Source: Escherichia coli (GTDB taxonomy: Bacteria; Pseudomonadota; Gammaproteobacteria; Enterobacterales; Enterobacteriaceae). From it: DNA of 64,000 nucleotides. Shown here piece by piece: positions 1 through 16,271 of this stretch (position 1 is its first letter; the number at the start of each line of letters is the position of its first letter). Location: the NCBI RefSeq assembly GCF_024223415.1, contig NZ_CP100500.1; one strand, given 5' to 3'. Made by a program: the position numbers and the translations under genes. The notes beneath the pieces are model-generated. The model was not told the DNA's origin. It saw nothing but the letters and a program-made list of their open reading frames with translations, and ran no database searches.

Positions 1-353
1 TTTATTTATGGGTGAAAATTTAGCTTTTTGTGCAAGTCATTAAATAGATACTTAAGTTATATTTCTGACTCTGCGGACAGTGAATAATTCATTATTCAGA
101 GTGAATAATAATGACCTGCCTTTAATTAGCAACTATTGGAAATACGTCGAAGTAGGTATATACGCCAGGATAAACCGATATATTTTTTATGGATATTCAT
201 TTTCCTTTAGCGGACTGTAAATTGCGGGGATATCGAACTTGTACTACTCATCTCAACACTCAAACAGATTTATGAATTTCGTTCATAACCCCTGACAAAT
301 CCTGCCGTCTAATCGAGCTCTTCTCTTTACGTTATGCTTCTCATGAACGATAA

Positions 354-3220
<2,867 letters not shown>

Positions 3221-3360
3221 CTATTATTTTAGCCACATTATTAGTAACAATGATAATCTGGCTGTATCGAAAATAATTCTAAACTTTCAGGAGATTTATT
3301 ATGAATAAACGTATCCTCACGATTGTGCCATTCTTCTTACCGATATTCTGACACATATCA

Positions 3361-4287
3361 TCAATTTTCGAGTTTTACTCTTTTCTCCACCATAAAATCA
3401 ATAAAAGCACGAACTTTAGAGGGCATTCTCACCCGTGATGAAACATAAATATAAAATCCAGGAAATGAAACAGCCCAATCCTCAAGAATCGGCTGTAACT
3501 TGCCCGCATTGATATGTTCAGCGATTGCAAAATCCAGATGTTGAATGATACCCGTTCCATTCAGCGCCATTCGTATCATGCTTTCGTCATCATTAGAAAT
3601 ATACTTACCTGAAACCTCTATTTCGAACTCTTCATTACCCCCCACAACATTAGAAAACTCCCATGCAGAGAGTGCACCGCTACTTTTATGCCGCAACCGA
3701 AGGCAATTATGGTTACTCAGTTCCTGAGGCGTTTCAGGAATACCGTGTTCTTTTAAATAATCTGGCGATGCCACAGTAACCAGTTTAATAAGCGGAGAAA
3801 CAGGAACGGCAGTCATATGCTCATCCAGTCCTTGCTCAAGACGTATGCCCACATCACAGCCGTCCGCAATAATGTTAGATAAACCGTCATCCATAATGAG
3901 TTCTATCTTTGTTTTGGGGTAACGAGTAAGAAACTCGCCAATATGAGGCTCAACAAGCATCCGTGCTGCAACACGGGAGGAATTTATTCTCAACAGGCCT
4001 GTAGGTTCAAGTTGGGTATCACCAACATCTTTCAAAGCATCATCAATTTGCCCCAAAGCCGACACCAGCACTTCATACAGACGCTGTCCTTCCTCAGTAA
4101 GCGACATATTGCGGGTCGTACGGTATATCAGCTTGGTGTTAAGACGTTCCTCAAGAGATTTTAAATTCTGGGACAATGCGGCCCGCGTAATACCCATTTC
4201 AGAAGCGGCTCTGGAAAAACTGCCGGCACGAACAATAAGCGCAAACCAGGCAAGAGAAGGCAAAATTGAAGGCTCTATTTTCATCAT
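3361..4287 (-). CDS. LysR-family transcriptional regulator
   Basis: 308-aa ORF with LysR helix-turn-helix and substrate-binding domain; divergent from the hydrolase gene at 4444. Confidence 0.85.
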   Translation of the reverse strand: MMKIEPSILPSLAWFALIVRAGSFSRAASEMGITRAALSQNLKSLEERLNTKLIYRTTRNMSLTEEGQRLYEVLVSALGQIDDALKDVGDTQLEPTGLLRINSSRVAARMLVEPHIGEFLTRYPKTKIELIMDDGLSNIIADGCDVGIRLEQGLDEHMTAVPVSPLIKLVTVASPDYLKEHGIPETPQELSNHNCLRLRHKSSGALSAWEFSNVVGGNEEFEIEVSGKYISNDDESMIRMALNGTGIIQHLDFAIAEHINAGKLQPILEDWAVSFPGFYIYVSSRVRMPSKVRAFIDFMVEKRVKLEN

Positions 4288-4443
4288 TGTAAACCTTAAC
4301 TTAACACTGTGATAGATATTAGATCATTGATGATAACCAATACAAGTCATACTATTACGCCGTTCTCGATATGAACACGAATGCCAGTTGCGGATAATAG
4401 AAATGATATTTAAATCTGTTTAGGCAAATCCCCGGAGCTTGAA

Positions 4444-5364
4444 ATGAAAACTGTTTCGATAAAACACACTTACTGGGATATAGCTGCTGATATCTATTTC
4501 CCTGACGATTTTAATAGTGAAAAAAAGTATCCTGCCATTATCAGCGCCCATCCAATTGGAAGCTGCAAAGAACAGACATCGGGTAGTGTGTATGGTGCCG
4601 CCCTGGCAAAAGCTGGCTTTATCGTCATTGCTTTTGATGCCAGTTTTCAGGGAAGCAGCGGTGGGGAACCGCGTTATCTGGAAGATCCAACAATGCGAGT
4701 AAAAGACTTCAGCATTGTCGTTGATTACCTTACCAGCTTACCTTACGTTGATGCCGGGCGTATTGGTGTACTGGGTATTTGTGGTGGAGGTGGATATGCC
4801 ATTAATGCCGCAATGACAGAACGTCGAATTAAAGCTATTGGTACTGTCACGGGTGCAAACTACGGGCGTCTTATGCGTGAGGGATTTACAGCGTTTAATC
4901 CTATCGGAGCACTCGAAGCAATGGCGCAACAAAGAACAGACGAAGCTAACGGCGCAAAACTTCGCGTAGATGATTTACTCCCCTCTTCTCCGGATGCAGC
5001 TCTTGAAGCGGGATTAACAGAAATAGACCTTTTTGAAGCCACAGAATATTATCGTTCGCCACGAGGCTGTGCACCTAATGGGGTAAATCGTTCGCTATTC
5101 TCACATCAGACTGTTGCCGTGGGTTGGGATGCATTTCATCTTGCAGAAGTGCTGTTAACTCAACCAATAATGGTTGTGGTGGGCGATAGAGTGGGCGCAT
5201 TTGGTGCCTACCGTGACGGCTGCGAAATTATTGGCCGCGCTGCCTCAAAACATAAAGAGCTGGTCGTGGTTGAAGGTTATTCACATTACGACCTGTATGA
5301 TAAGCCAGAACCTGTGAAACAGGCACTCGATAAATTAATTCCTTTTTATAAAACACATTTGTAA
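4444..5364 (+). CDS. alpha/beta hydrolase (dienelactone-hydrolase-like), no signal peptide
   Basis: 306-aa ORF with IGVLGICGGGGYAINAAM nucleophile-elbow region and KELVVVEGYSHYDLYD C-terminal motif; homologous to the ORF at 24130-25266. Confidence 0.8.
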   Translation: MKTVSIKHTYWDIAADIYFPDDFNSEKKYPAIISAHPIGSCKEQTSGSVYGAALAKAGFIVIAFDASFQGSSGGEPRYLEDPTMRVKDFSIVVDYLTSLPYVDAGRIGVLGICGGGGYAINAAMTERRIKAIGTVTGANYGRLMREGFTAFNPIGALEAMAQQRTDEANGAKLRVDDLLPSSPDAALEAGLTEIDLFEATEYYRSPRGCAPNGVNRSLFSHQTVAVGWDAFHLAEVLLTQPIMVVVGDRVGAFGAYRDGCEIIGRAASKHKELVVVEGYSHYDLYDKPEPVKQALDKLIPFYKTHL

Positions 5365-5607
5365 TAATCTTACAGGGAGATCCCTTATCTCCCTGACATT
5401 TATCCTTTATTGACTACACAACAATAATAAAATTACTCAAAAAGAAATTTCATTAAAAAACAAAAAAGCAGCAACTCAATTATTAAGATTATTAGAAACC
5501 CTTTAAAGGGATTATAAATAAAGCCAGAACTCTTGGTTCCAAAGCTGGCAACAACTAACCAGTTAAAACATACGCATCAAAATCAGATAAACATTTGAGG
5601 TATTGTT

Positions 5608-6750
5608 ATGACAAATAAACACCCATCATTGTTTTCTCCTTTTATGCTGACAGAAAAAATAAAGCTACGTAATCGTATCGTTATGGCTCCTATGACGACC
5701 TGGTCAGCGAATCCTGATGGAACCATCTCTGAGCAAGAACTCGAATTTTATAAACGTCGCTCACAAAATGTTGGTTTAGTAATAACAGGATGTACCTATG
5801 TCACGCCAAGCGGCATTGGGTTTACTCATGAATTTGCCGCGTATGACGACCGTTTCATTAACAGCCTTGAAAAGTTAGCAGCGGCAGCCAAAAGTGGGGG
5901 TGCTCCGGCTATTTTGCAGGTTTTCCACGCCGGTAATAAAGCCATCCCGGAGCTTGTACCAACTAACGATGTTATTAGTGCCAGCGCATCAAGCGTAAAA
6001 TCTGGTGACTTTATGAAGAGAGTGGTACAAAGCAGGGAAATGACTGAAAACGAAATTCAGGAAACCATTAGAGCATTCGGAGATGTCACAAAAAGGGCGA
6101 TTAAAGCAGGTTTTGATGGCATTGAACTTCATGGTGCGCACGGATTCCTTCTACAGAATTTCTTCTCCCCTCTATTTAACCAGCGTAATGACCGATGGGG
6201 AGGAGATCTCGAAGGACGTATGCGCTTCCCGCTGGCCGTATTACAGGAAGTAAAAAATGTAGTCTATGAATATGCGACAAAGCCCTTTGCCATCGGTTAC
6301 AGAATATCTCCTGAAGAATCTGCAACAGGGGGGCTGCGGATAGAGGATACTTATAAACTCCTTGATCGGCTCATTTCATCCGGTATTTCGTATATACATA
6401 CCTCGCTGGTCAGTATTAACGATAGCTACCCTGTTGAGTCGCCAAATGGCCCCCGAACTATTGAATTGATTTTAAATCATATTGCAGGCAGAGTGCCGGT
6501 AATCGCTGCAGGTAAAATACGCACACCGTCTCAGGCTCAAGAAGCAATTTCCACTGGCCTGCCACTTGTTGCGATCGGTAAAGGGCTGGTGATAAATCCA
6601 GAATGGGTGACTTTAGCTGAATCAGGTAGAGGCCATGAAATTCAAACAACCCTTAATCCACAACTTGTTCCTGAATTAACCATTCCGGATAAACTATGGG
6701 ATCAAATTCAGGCATCGAAAGGAACTGGCTGGTTTCCGTTAATGGATTAA
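5608..6750 (+). CDS. NADH:flavin oxidoreductase (Old Yellow Enzyme family)
   Basis: 380-aa ORF; LFSPFMLTEKIKLRNRIVMAPMTT N-terminus and HGAHGFLLQNFFSPLFNQRNDRWGG core are characteristic of the family. Confidence 0.85.
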   Translation: MTNKHPSLFSPFMLTEKIKLRNRIVMAPMTTWSANPDGTISEQELEFYKRRSQNVGLVITGCTYVTPSGIGFTHEFAAYDDRFINSLEKLAAAAKSGGAPAILQVFHAGNKAIPELVPTNDVISASASSVKSGDFMKRVVQSREMTENEIQETIRAFGDVTKRAIKAGFDGIELHGAHGFLLQNFFSPLFNQRNDRWGGDLEGRMRFPLAVLQEVKNVVYEYATKPFAIGYRISPEESATGGLRIEDTYKLLDRLISSGISYIHTSLVSINDSYPVESPNGPRTIELILNHIAGRVPVIAAGKIRTPSQAQEAISTGLPLVAIGKGLVINPEWVTLAESGRGHEIQTTLNPQLVPELTIPDKLWDQIQASKGTGWFPLMD

Positions 6751-7223
6751 ATATCTATTACTCTCCCGAGAGTAAAACTATCAAATCAATGAGTAACCGA
6801 TACAGCCTCACAAATTCTTTCAAATAATTAACCCGTCACTGCGGCACGTTCTCTCATAAGGCGTGCCTGCAGTGTAATCCAGTATGTATCCGGCTTAGTT
6901 GACGGTTTAATAGAGCTCAATTCCTCGCCCAGGTTACCAACAACGATATCTTGTATAACACCCCAGGAGATACGACATTATGATGAGATGCGATATGCTC
7001 CTCAGCGCCAATCAACGCCAGGACTGGGCCAGTCTTGAGATCAGACTCATTCCCGGAACTGACTTCAGGCGACATATATCAATGACGTTGGTGCAATAAA
7101 AGATAGCCGATGTAATACATCTATTCAAATTTGTGATACATGTCAAAAAATTGGTTGACCAAACTCGTTATTTATATAAGGGCACTTACGAAGTGCGCTC
7201 TTTTTTAAAGCGAGGAAGTACCA

Positions 7224-7325
7224 ATGAAAGAGAATAAAGTACAACAAATCAGTCATAAACTGATTAATATCGTTGTTTTTGTCGCAATTGTAGAATACGC
7301 CTATTTATTTCTCCATTTCTATTAA
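7224..7325 (+). CDS. ykgR: small hydrophobic protein, 33 aa (YkgR-like)
   Basis: ATG with GAGGAAG ribosome-binding site; encodes MKENKVQQISHKLINIVVFVAIVEYAYLFLHFY. Position upstream of ykgM matches K-12 as recalled. Confidence 0.55.
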   Translation: MKENKVQQISHKLINIVVFVAIVEYAYLFLHFY

Positions 7326-7648
7326 TAACGGCAATAAACTGTTCACTTCAGTGATATTTAAAATATGCATCCTCTCCCTTTTTGTAAGTAATTATTATAT
7401 CCGTGGGAGAGGAATACACGCTGTCAGGTAATCAATCATACTGCGATAAATCATCGGCCAGTAAAGTGGAGATAACCTCAATCCATACTCTCAGCGAAAC
7501 TATCATCAATCACTCATCCAGGCGTTTATGGGAGCGTCGCCAATGGCTGTTAACAATGCCAGACTTCCCCGTTGCGGAAATTCCACATACCACTAATGGT
7601 CACAGGGATTGGGTGTTGAAATGATCCGGATGAGCATGTATCTTTATG

Positions 7649-7666
7649 GTTATGTTATAACATAAC
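7649..7666. promoter_or_regulatory. Zur box (perfect 18-bp palindrome GTTATGTTATAACATAAC)
   Basis: Perfect palindrome 9 bp upstream of the ykgM start codon; matches the known Zur operator class and the known zinc regulation of ykgM-ykgO. Confidence 0.7.
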
Positions 7667-7674
7667 AGGTAAAA

Positions 7675-7941
7675 ATGATGAAGCCCAATATCCATCCTGA
7701 GTATCGTACTGTGGTGTTCCACGACACCAGTGTTGATGAGTACTTTAAAATCGGCTCGACTATCAAAACAGACCGTGAGATTGAGCTGGATGGCGTAACG
7801 TATCCGTACGTAACAATTGATGTCTCTTCGAAATCGCACCCGTTCTATACAGGGAAGCTGAGAACAGTGGCATCAGAAGGAAATGTTGCACGGTTCACCC
7901 AACGTTTTGGTCGTTTTGTTAGCACGAAAAAGGGGGCATGA
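7675..7941 (+). CDS. ykgM: ribosomal protein L31 paralog (zinc-independent)
   Basis: 88-aa ORF ([19 protein letters not shown]...) with L31 type B signature; Zur box upstream. Confidence 0.9.
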
Positions 7942-8081
7942 TGAAAGTCCTTAACTCTCTGCGTACCGCAAAAGAACGCCATCCAGACTGTCAGATTGTG
8001 AAGCGAAAAGGACGGCTGTATGTGATTTGTAAATCTAATCCACGTTTTAAGGCCGTTCAGGGTCGTAAGAAAAAACGTTGA
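7941..8081 (+). CDS. ykgO: ribosomal protein L36 paralog
   Basis: 46-codon [49 protein letters not shown]; start overlaps the ykgM stop (ATGATG). Below the track size cutoff; read from sequence. Confidence 0.85.
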   Translation: MKVLNSLRTAKERHPDCQIVKRKGRLYVICKSNPRFKAVQGRKKKR

Positions 8082-9096
8082 TTTAAAATTCGACGAATTA
8101 ACGATATTTGTCTGATTAATAATCAGACCGGATTAATGTTGGTGTATTTATTACACCAGCATTAATTTTCCTGGGGATGTATCTTCCTGTTCATTTAAGG
8201 TCAACTGCCTGACGTTTCTCTCCGAATATTCCATTATATTAATGTTGACTTGTTGACCAGCTTCGCCCCTGTATGCTGGCATCAACCCTCTTTTAGACTG
8301 AACACGCCACTCAGTTTCCTCCCTTTGCGACGCAGCCTGCATTTACACTCAAACTGTTAAGATGATAAATGTGGTAAATCTGTTGGTACTGACATAAAAA
8401 CGTTTACGCCACAGGAACGGCCTGATCCACCGGTAACCCCATCGCCGACGTTCGAGTGCCAGTTAGAGTAACGCGCACAGATGACTGAATGCAGTGCCCT
8501 GGCAAAGAGGCCATCGTTCCTGTGACAACTGGCAGTCTTCGTTTAACTTCACTTAATTTGGCTCTTAGGGGGCTTACCGGACAGATGACATACTTACACC
8601 TGTTTAATTTTTCATCACTTATTGGGATGAACACCCATAACCATTTTGTGCGGCATGTTAATCCATTAAAACACCTTACTGATTGGCAAATCATCTTTAA
8701 TTATGACTCATGATAGTTTTATATTCTATTTCTTATCATTTAAACTTGTTTTTTTACTAGTCCATTACACAACATATTAAGACTATTCCTAACACCTCAG
8801 GGCAAAGTTCCTGGCTAATATAAAATGCAAGTAAGAATTGAACGTTATATTGCCAATAACCTTATGAAACTGAATGTCTTTTTCTTCTTATCAAAAAAGC
8901 AATATTTTCATTTTTTGTAAATATTGACTTAACCATGGAATTCATTTTCTGTTCACATATTGACACTCATCAGGAAAAAAACATAAATTTAAACCTAATC
9001 GAAATAATTAAAACTTAATCTCGTTTAACCTATATTGATATGTGCTACGTATCTTATTTACTTCCGATTTACTAAAGAAACTGAATGTACCTGTAA

Positions 9097-9708
<612 letters not shown>

Positions 9709-9782
9709 ACTCCAGGCAAGTTAGTTTTGAAAAATGACTCACTGGGACATCACGTCCTCAATTCAACTCGGGAAGAAATACA

Positions 9783-10370
9783 ATGAAAAAAAAGGTTCTG
9801 GCAATAGCTCTGGTAACGGTGTTTACCGGCATGGGTGTGGCGCAGGCTGCTGACGTAACAGCTCAGGCTGTAGCGACCTGGTCGGCAACAGCCAAAAAAG
9901 ACACCACCAGTAAGCTGGTTGTGACGCCACTCGGTAGCCTGGCGTTCCAGTATGCCGAAGGCATTAAAGGTTTTAACTCACAGAAAGGTCTATTTGACGT
10001 GGCTATCGAGGGTGACTCAACGGCTACCGCCTTTAAACTGACCTCACGTCTTATCACCAACACATTAACCCAGTTGGATACCTCAGGTTCCACACTGAAT
10101 GTGGGCGTGGATTATAACGGCGCGGCAGTCGAAAAAACTGGCGATACCGTGATGATCGATACCGCCAACGGCGTACTGGGCGGCAACCTTAGCCCGCTGG
10201 CAAACGGTTACAATGCCAGCAATCGTACCACCGCACAGGATGGTTTCACTTTCTCCATCATCAGCGGCACCACCAATGGTACCACCGCAGTAACCGACTA
10301 CAGCACTCTACCGGAAGGCATCTGGAGCGGCGACGTTAGCGTACAGTTCGACGCGACCTGGACCAGTTAA
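9783..10370 (+). CDS. ecpA: E. coli common pilus major subunit
   Basis: 195-aa ORF with signal peptide and Thr/Gly-rich pilin sequence; position in the operon. Confidence 0.9.
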   Translation: MKKKVLAIALVTVFTGMGVAQAADVTAQAVATWSATAKKDTTSKLVVTPLGSLAFQYAEGIKGFNSQKGLFDVAIEGDSTATAFKLTSRLITNTLTQLDTSGSTLNVGVDYNGAAVEKTGDTVMIDTANGVLGGNLSPLANGYNASNRTTAQDGFTFSIISGTTNGTTAVTDYSTLPEGIWSGDVSVQFDATWTS

Positions 10371-10427
10371 TCTCTCTGATGTACCAGCAGGGGTAGCCCC
10401 CCTGCTTTATTCCTGGACGGAATTGTT

Positions 10428-11096
10428 ATGAAAAAGCACCTTCTGCTTCTCGCTCTGCTGTTATCCGGAATATCTCCGGCCCAGGCGCTGGATGTCGGCG
10501 ATATATCATCGTTTATGAACAGTGACAGCAGCACGCTGAGCAAAACGATCAAAAACAGTACCGACAGTGGTCGCCTTATCAATATCCGTCTCGAACGGCT
10601 CTCTTCACCGCTTGACGACGGGCAGGTTATCTCAATGGACAAGCCGGACGAGTTGCTACTCACTCCCGCCAGCTTGCTGCTACCCGCCCAAGCCAGCGAA
10701 GTGATCCGCTTCTTCTATAAGGGACCAGCAGATGAAAAAGAGCGCTACTACCGCATTGTCTGGTTTGATCAGGCCCTCAGTGATGCGCAGCGCGATAATG
10801 CCAACCGCAGCGCTGTGGCCACTGCTTCCGCCCGCATCGGCACCATTCTGGTCGTCGCCCCCCGCCAGGCAAACTACCACTTTCAGTACGCCAACGGCAC
10901 CCTGACAAATACAGGAAATGCGACGCTGCGGATCCTCGCCTACGGCCCCTGCCTGAAAGCCGCCAATGGTAAAGAGTGTAAAGAGAATTACTACCTGATG
11001 CCGGGCAAGTCGCGTCGTTTTACCCGCGTGGACACGGCGGATAACAAAGGACGGGTTGCACTTTGGCAGGGTGATAAGTTCATTCCCGTGAAATAG
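10428..11096 (+). CDS. ecpB: common pilus periplasmic chaperone
   Basis: 222-aa ORF with signal peptide; second structural gene of the operon. Confidence 0.85.
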   Translation: MKKHLLLLALLLSGISPAQALDVGDISSFMNSDSSTLSKTIKNSTDSGRLINIRLERLSSPLDDGQVISMDKPDELLLTPASLLLPAQASEVIRFFYKGPADEKERYYRIVWFDQALSDAQRDNANRSAVATASARIGTILVVAPRQANYHFQYANGTLTNTGNATLRILAYGPCLKAANGKECKENYYLMPGKSRRFTRVDTADNKGRVALWQGDKFIPVK

Positions 11097-11121
11097 ATAG
11101 CTGTGCAGATGGATAACGACA

Positions 11122-13647
11122 ATGCCTTTACGACGGTTCTCCCCAGGACTGAAAGCCCAGTTTGCCTTCGGCATGGTCTTTTTGTTCGTTCAGCCCGATG
11201 CCAGCGCTGCTGACATAAGTGCGCAGCAAATAGGTGGGGTGATTATTCCGCAGGCCTTCAGTCAGGCGCTTCAGGACGGCATGAGCGTCCCGCTCTATAT
11301 TCATCTCGCCGGTAGCCAGGGTCGCCAGGACGATCAGCGAATCGGCAGCGCTTTTATCTGGCTGGATGATGGACAGCTACGCATCCGGAAAATACAGCTG
11401 GAAGAGAGTGAAGATAACGCCAGTGTCAGCGAACAAACTCGACAGCAGCTGATGGCTCTGGCGAACGCCCCGTTCAATGAGGCCCTTACCATCCCCCTGA
11501 CTGACAACGCGCAGCTGGATCTCAGCTTGCGCCAACTGCTGCTGCAGCTGGTGGTCAAGCGCGAAGCGCTGGGCACCGTACTACGCTCACGTAGCGAAGA
11601 CATCGGGCAGTCCAGTGTTAACACCCTCAGCAGTAATCTGAGCTATAACTTGGGCGTCTATAACAACCAGTTGCGTAACGGCGGGAGCAACACATCCAGC
11701 TATCTGTCGCTGAATAACGTTACTGCGCTGCGCGAACATCATGTGGTGCTCGACGGCTCGCTGTACGGGATCGGTAGCGGTCAACAGGACAGTGAATTAT
11801 ATAAAGCGATGTATGAACGCGATTTTGCCGGTCACCGATTTGCCGGTGGAATGCTCGACACCTGGAACTTGCAGTCCTTAGGGCCGATGACCGCCATTTC
11901 AGCAGGGAAGATTTACGGCCTTTCCTGGGGAAACCAGGCCAGCTCCACCATCTTCGACAGCAGCCAGTCAGCCACGCCAGTGATCGCCTTTTTACCGGCG
12001 GCGGGTGAAGTACATCTCACCCGTGATGGGCGGCTACTAAGCGTTCAGAACTTCACTATGGGCAATCATGAAGTGGATACCCGGGGTCTACCGTACGGTA
12101 TTTACGATGTGGAAGTTGAGGTGATCGTTAACGGTCGCGTGATCAGCAAACGCACCCAGCGGGTCAATAAGCTGTTTAGCCGGGGGCGCGGCGCCGGTGC
12201 ACCACTGGCGTGGCAGATATGGGGCGGTAGCTTTCATATGGATCGCTGGTCGGAAAACGGGAAAAAGACGCGACCAGCTAAAGAGAGTTGGCTGGCAGGT
12301 GCCTCGACCTCCGGCTCACTGAGTACGCTTAGCTGGGCGGCAACGGGATATGGATACGATAATCAGGCGGTGGGTGAAACCCGTCTGACGCTGCCGCTTG
12401 GGGGAGCGATCAACGTTAACCTGCAAAATATGCTGGCCAGTGACAGCTCATGGAGCAACATCGCCAGCATCAGCGCCACTCTACCGGGAGGCTTTAGTTC
12501 GCTGTGGGTTAACCAGGAAAAAACCCGCATTGGCAATCAATTGCGACGTAGCGATGCCGACAACCGTGCAATCGGCGGCACACTCAACCTGAACTCACTG
12601 TGGTCGAAGCTGGGCACATTCAGCATCAGCTACAATGATGACCGCCGTTACAACAGCCATTATTACACGGCAGATTACTATCAAAATGTCTACAGCGGTC
12701 CCTTTGGTTCGCTTGGCCTGCGGGCCGGTATTCAGCGCTATAACAACGGCGACAGCAACGCCAATACAGGGAAATATATCGCTCTCGATCTCTCGCTACC
12801 ACTGGGCAACTGGTTTAGCGCAGGGATGACTCATCAAAACGGCTACACCATGGCAAACCTGTCAGCACGCAAGCAGTTTGATGAAGGGACCATTCGCACT
12901 GTTGGTGCCAATCTGTCACGAGCCATCTCCGGCGATACCGGTGATGACAAAACTCTCAGTGGTGGGGCGTATGCACAGTTCGACGCTCGCTACGCCAGCG
13001 GAACGCTGAACGTCAATAGCGCGGCGGACGGCTACGTCAATACCAACTTGACCGCCAATGGCAGCGTCGGCTGGCAGGGTAAAAACATTTCTGCCAGCGG
13101 GCGGACTGATGGCAACGCTGGGGTGATATTCAACACCGGGCTGGAGGACGACGGTCAGATCAGCGCCAAAATCAACGGGCGGATTTTCCCGCTTAACGGC
13201 AAGCGTAACTATCTCCCGCTCTCTCCCTATGGAAGATATGAGGTGGAGTTACAGAACAGCAAAAACTCACTCGACAGTTACGATATCGTCAGCGGCCGCA
13301 AAAGTCATCTGACTCTCTATCCAGGCAATGTCGCTGTCATTGAGCCAGAGGTGAAGCAGATGGTTACCGTCTCCGGTCGTATCCGTGCGGAAGACGGCAC
13401 ACTGCTGGCTAACGCACGGATTAACAACCATATCGGCCGAACCCGAACCGATGAAAACGGCGAGTTTGTCATGGACGTGGATAAGAAATACCCCACTATC
13501 GATTTTCGCTACAGTGGCAATAAAACCTGCGAAGTGGCACTGGAACTCAACCAGGCGCGCGGTGCCGTCTGGGTCGGTGATGTGGTCTGCAGCGGCCTCT
13601 CATCGTGGGCGGCGGTGACGCAGACAGGAGAAGAGAATGAGAGTTAA
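11122..13647 (+). CDS. ecpC: common pilus outer-membrane usher
   Basis: 841-aa ORF with signal peptide; size and position fit the usher. Confidence 0.9.
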   Translation: MPLRRFSPGLKAQFAFGMVFLFVQPDASAADISAQQIGGVIIPQAFSQALQDGMSVPLYIHLAGSQGRQDDQRIGSAFIWLDDGQLRIRKIQLEESEDNASVSEQTRQQLMALANAPFNEALTIPLTDNAQLDLSLRQLLLQLVVKREALGTVLRSRSEDIGQSSVNTLSSNLSYNLGVYNNQLRNGGSNTSSYLSLNNVTALREHHVVLDGSLYGIGSGQQDSELYKAMYERDFAGHRFAGGMLDTWNLQSLGPMTAISAGKIYGLSWGNQASSTIFDSSQSATPVIAFLPAAGEVHLTRDGRLLSVQNFTMGNHEVDTRGLPYGIYDVEVEVIVNGRVISKRTQRVNKLFSRGRGAGAPLAWQIWGGSFHMDRWSENGKKTRPAKESWLAGASTSGSLSTLSWAATGYGYDNQAVGETRLTLPLGGAINVNLQNMLASDSSWSNIASISATLPGGFSSLWVNQEKTRIGNQLRRSDADNRAIGGTLNLNSLWSKLGTFSISYNDDRRYNSHYYTADYYQNVYSGPFGSLGLRAGIQRYNNGDSNANTGKYIALDLSLPLGNWFSAGMTHQNGYTMANLSARKQFDEGTIRTVGANLSRAISGDTGDDKTLSGGAYAQFDARYASGTLNVNSAADGYVNTNLTANGSVGWQGKNISASGRTDGNAGVIFNTGLEDDGQISAKINGRIFPLNGKRNYLPLSPYGRYEVELQNSKNSLDSYDIVSGRKSHLTLYPGNVAVIEPEVKQMVTVSGRIRAEDGTLLANARINNHIGRTRTDENGEFVMDVDKKYPTIDFRYSGNKTCEVALELNQARGAVWVGDVVCSGLSSWAAVTQTGEENES

Positions 13648-15280
13648 CCTACTGATAGCGATGATAATCTTTGCGCTAATCTGGCCTGCAACCGCGCTCA
13701 GAGCGGCAGTGAGCAAAACAACCTGGGCGGATGCACCGGCACGCGAGTTTGTGTTTGTCGAAAACAACTCAGACGACAACTTTTTCGTCACTCCTGGCGG
13801 GGCGCTGGATCCGCGCCTGACCGGTGCCAACCGCTGGACCGGTTTAAAATACAATGGTTCAGGAACCATCTATCAGCAAAGCCTCGGCTACATTGATAAC
13901 GGTTACAACACCGGCCTTTATACCAACTGGAAGTTTGATATGTGGCTGGAAAATTCACCAGTTTCATCTCCTTTAACTGGCTTGCGCTGCATCAACTGGT
14001 ACGCTGGGTGTAATATGACCACCAGTCTTATCCTGCCGCAAACCACCGACGCCAGTGGATTTTATGGCGCGACGGTGACCAGCGGCGGCGCGAAGTGGAT
14101 GCACGGCATGTTGTCAGACGCGTTTTACCAGTATCTGCAACAAATGCCCGTCGGCAGCAGCTTTACAATGACCATCAATGCCTGCCAGACCTCTGTGAAC
14201 TATGACGCCAGCAGCGGCGCACGCTGTAAGGATCAGGCCTCCGGCAACTGGTATGTTCGCAACGTCACCCATACGAAAGCAGCAAATCTACGGTTGATAA
14301 ATACCCACTCGCTGGCGGAAGTATTTATCAACAGCGACGGAGTACCGACTCTGGGCGAAGGGAACGCCGACTGCCGGACGCAAACCATCGGCAGCCGTTC
14401 AGGATTAAGTTGTAAGATGGTTAACTATACCCTGCAAACAAACGGACTCAGCAACACCTCAATCCATATATTCCCGGCGATCGCCAACTCGTCGTTAGCC
14501 TCGGCCGTCGGGGCGTACGATATGCAGTTCAGTCTGAATGGCAGTTCATGGAAACCGGTGAGCAATACTGCCTATTACTACACCTTCAACGAGATGAAGA
14601 GCGCAGACTCGATCTATGTTTTCTTCTCGAGCAACTTCTTTAAGCAGATGGTGAACCTGGGGATCAGCGATATCAACACCAAAGATCTATTCAACTTTCG
14701 CTTTCAGAACACCACATCACCGGAGTCTGGCTGGTATGAATTTTCTACCTCCAACACGCTGATTATCAAACCCCGTGATTTCAGCATCAGTATTATCTCC
14801 GATGAATATACTCAGACACCGTCGCGGGAGGGATATGTTGGCAGCGGCGAGTCGGCACTCGATTTCGGCTATATCGTAACCACCAGCGGTAAAACAGCTG
14901 CCGACGAAGTGCTGATCAAGGTGACCGGACCCGCGCAGGTGATTGGCGGGCGCTCCTATTGTGTCTTCAGCTCCGATGACGGTAAGGCGAAAGTACCGTT
15001 CCCGGCGACACTTTCCTTTATTACCCGCAACGGAGCTACAAAAACCTACGATGCCGGGTGCGATGATAGCTGGCGGGATATGACCGATGCGCTGTGGTTG
15101 ACCACACCGTGGACTGATATCTCTGGCGAAGTGGGGCAGATGGATAAGACCACAGTCAAATTTTCGATTCCAATGGATAACGCCATTTCTCTGCGTACGG
15201 TAGATGATAACGGCTGGTTTGGCGAAGTCAGCGCTTCAGGAGAGATTCATGTTCAGGCGACGTGGCGTAACATTAACTAA
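13637..15280 (+). CDS. ecpD: common pilus tip adhesin
   Basis: 547-aa ORF with signal peptide; overlaps the ecpC stop. Confidence 0.85.
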   Translation: MRVNLLIAMIIFALIWPATALRAAVSKTTWADAPAREFVFVENNSDDNFFVTPGGALDPRLTGANRWTGLKYNGSGTIYQQSLGYIDNGYNTGLYTNWKFDMWLENSPVSSPLTGLRCINWYAGCNMTTSLILPQTTDASGFYGATVTSGGAKWMHGMLSDAFYQYLQQMPVGSSFTMTINACQTSVNYDASSGARCKDQASGNWYVRNVTHTKAANLRLINTHSLAEVFINSDGVPTLGEGNADCRTQTIGSRSGLSCKMVNYTLQTNGLSNTSIHIFPAIANSSLASAVGAYDMQFSLNGSSWKPVSNTAYYYTFNEMKSADSIYVFFSSNFFKQMVNLGISDINTKDLFNFRFQNTTSPESGWYEFSTSNTLIIKPRDFSISIISDEYTQTPSREGYVGSGESALDFGYIVTTSGKTAADEVLIKVTGPAQVIGGRSYCVFSSDDGKAKVPFPATLSFITRNGATKTYDAGCDDSWRDMTDALWLTTPWTDISGEVGQMDKTTVKFSIPMDNAISLRTVDDNGWFGEVSASGEIHVQATWRNIN

Positions 15281-15959
15281 GGCCCTGCTGACAGTGGTCT
15301 GTATGCTGGCGGCACCTTTGACACAGGCGATTTCGGTCGGCAATCTGACTTTTTCACTGCCGTCCGAGACTGACTTTGTCAGCAAACGTGTAGTGAATAA
15401 CAACAAAAGCGCACGGATATACCGTATTGCCATCAGTGCTATTGATAGCCCGGGCAGCAGTGAATTGCGCACCCGACCGGTGGATGGTGAACTGCTTTTC
15501 GCCCCCCGCCAGCTGGCGTTGCAGGCTGGTGAGAGCGAGTATTTTAAATTTTACTATCATGGTCCACGGGATAACCACGAGCGCTACTACCGGGTCTCAT
15601 TTCGCGAGGTCCCCACTCGTAACCAGACAAGACGCAGCCCAACCGGCGGCGAGGTCAGCACGGAGCCGGTGGTGGTGATGGATACCATTCTGGTAGTACG
15701 ACCACGTCAGGTTCAGTTTAAATGGTCCTTCGACCAGGTGACAGGAACGGTAAGTAACATCGGCAACACGTGGTTTAAGCTATTGATTAAACCAGGATGT
15801 GATTCGACCGAAGAGGAAGGCGATGCCTGGTATCTACGTCCGGGAGACGTTGTTCATCAGCCTGAGTTACGTCAGCCGGGGAATCATTATCTGGTCTATA
15901 ACGACAAATTCATTAAGATTAGCGATTCCTGTCCGGCTAAGCCCCCTTCGGCAGACTGA
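15249..15959 (+). CDS. ecpE: common pilus chaperone
   Basis: Start taken at the internal ATG 15249 ([11 protein letters not shown]...), preceded by a CAGGAGAG ribosome-binding site; signal peptide follows. Confidence 0.8.
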   Translation: MFRRRGVTLTKALLTVVCMLAAPLTQAISVGNLTFSLPSETDFVSKRVVNNNKSARIYRIAISAIDSPGSSELRTRPVDGELLFAPRQLALQAGESEYFKFYYHGPRDNHERYYRVSFREVPTRNQTRRSPTGGEVSTEPVVVMDTILVVRPRQVQFKWSFDQVTGTVSNIGNTWFKLLIKPGCDSTEEEGDAWYLRPGDVVHQPELRQPGNHYLVYNDKFIKISDSCPAKPPSAD

Positions 15960-16271
15960 TACTTATCCATCGGTCGAGGGAAGAATTCCACCTCAGAGAC
16001 TCAAAAATCGTTTAAATGATGTGGAAGCGATCGTCAATATCACCTGTAACGATGGGCTTTCTCATATGCACACCATAGTGTTCAGGAGACACAGAAAGGT
16101 ACCAGGCAGCCTGCTAACGAGTGGTTTATTCACGAATTAGTACGTAAAATCGGTAACGGCTGGAAATCATTCAATACTCACACTATCGAAAGTTCCCCAG
16201 CCAACCGCGGTACGTTCTTACATACGATGTACCGCTGTTCTCTTTACGATTTATAGCTGTACTGGTGAATT

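Noticed and set aside
6900-7100. 39-codon ORF (MMRCDMLLSANQRQDW...) between the flavin oxidoreductase gene and ykgR
   Set aside because: No ribosome-binding site or recognisable similarity; possibly a gene remnant but unsupported.
7403-7624. 73-aa plus-strand ORF between ykgR and ykgM
   Set aside because: Lies in the ykgM promoter region, has no ribosome-binding site, and its end approaches the Zur operator; more likely non-coding regulatory DNA.
8151-8713. Small ORFs (63, 96 and 74 aa) in the AT-rich region between ykgO and ecpR
   Set aside because: Overlapping ORFs on both strands in a long AT-rich regulatory region; none has a convincing start or recognisable domain. A small gene may exist here in K-12 but I could not match it from memory.
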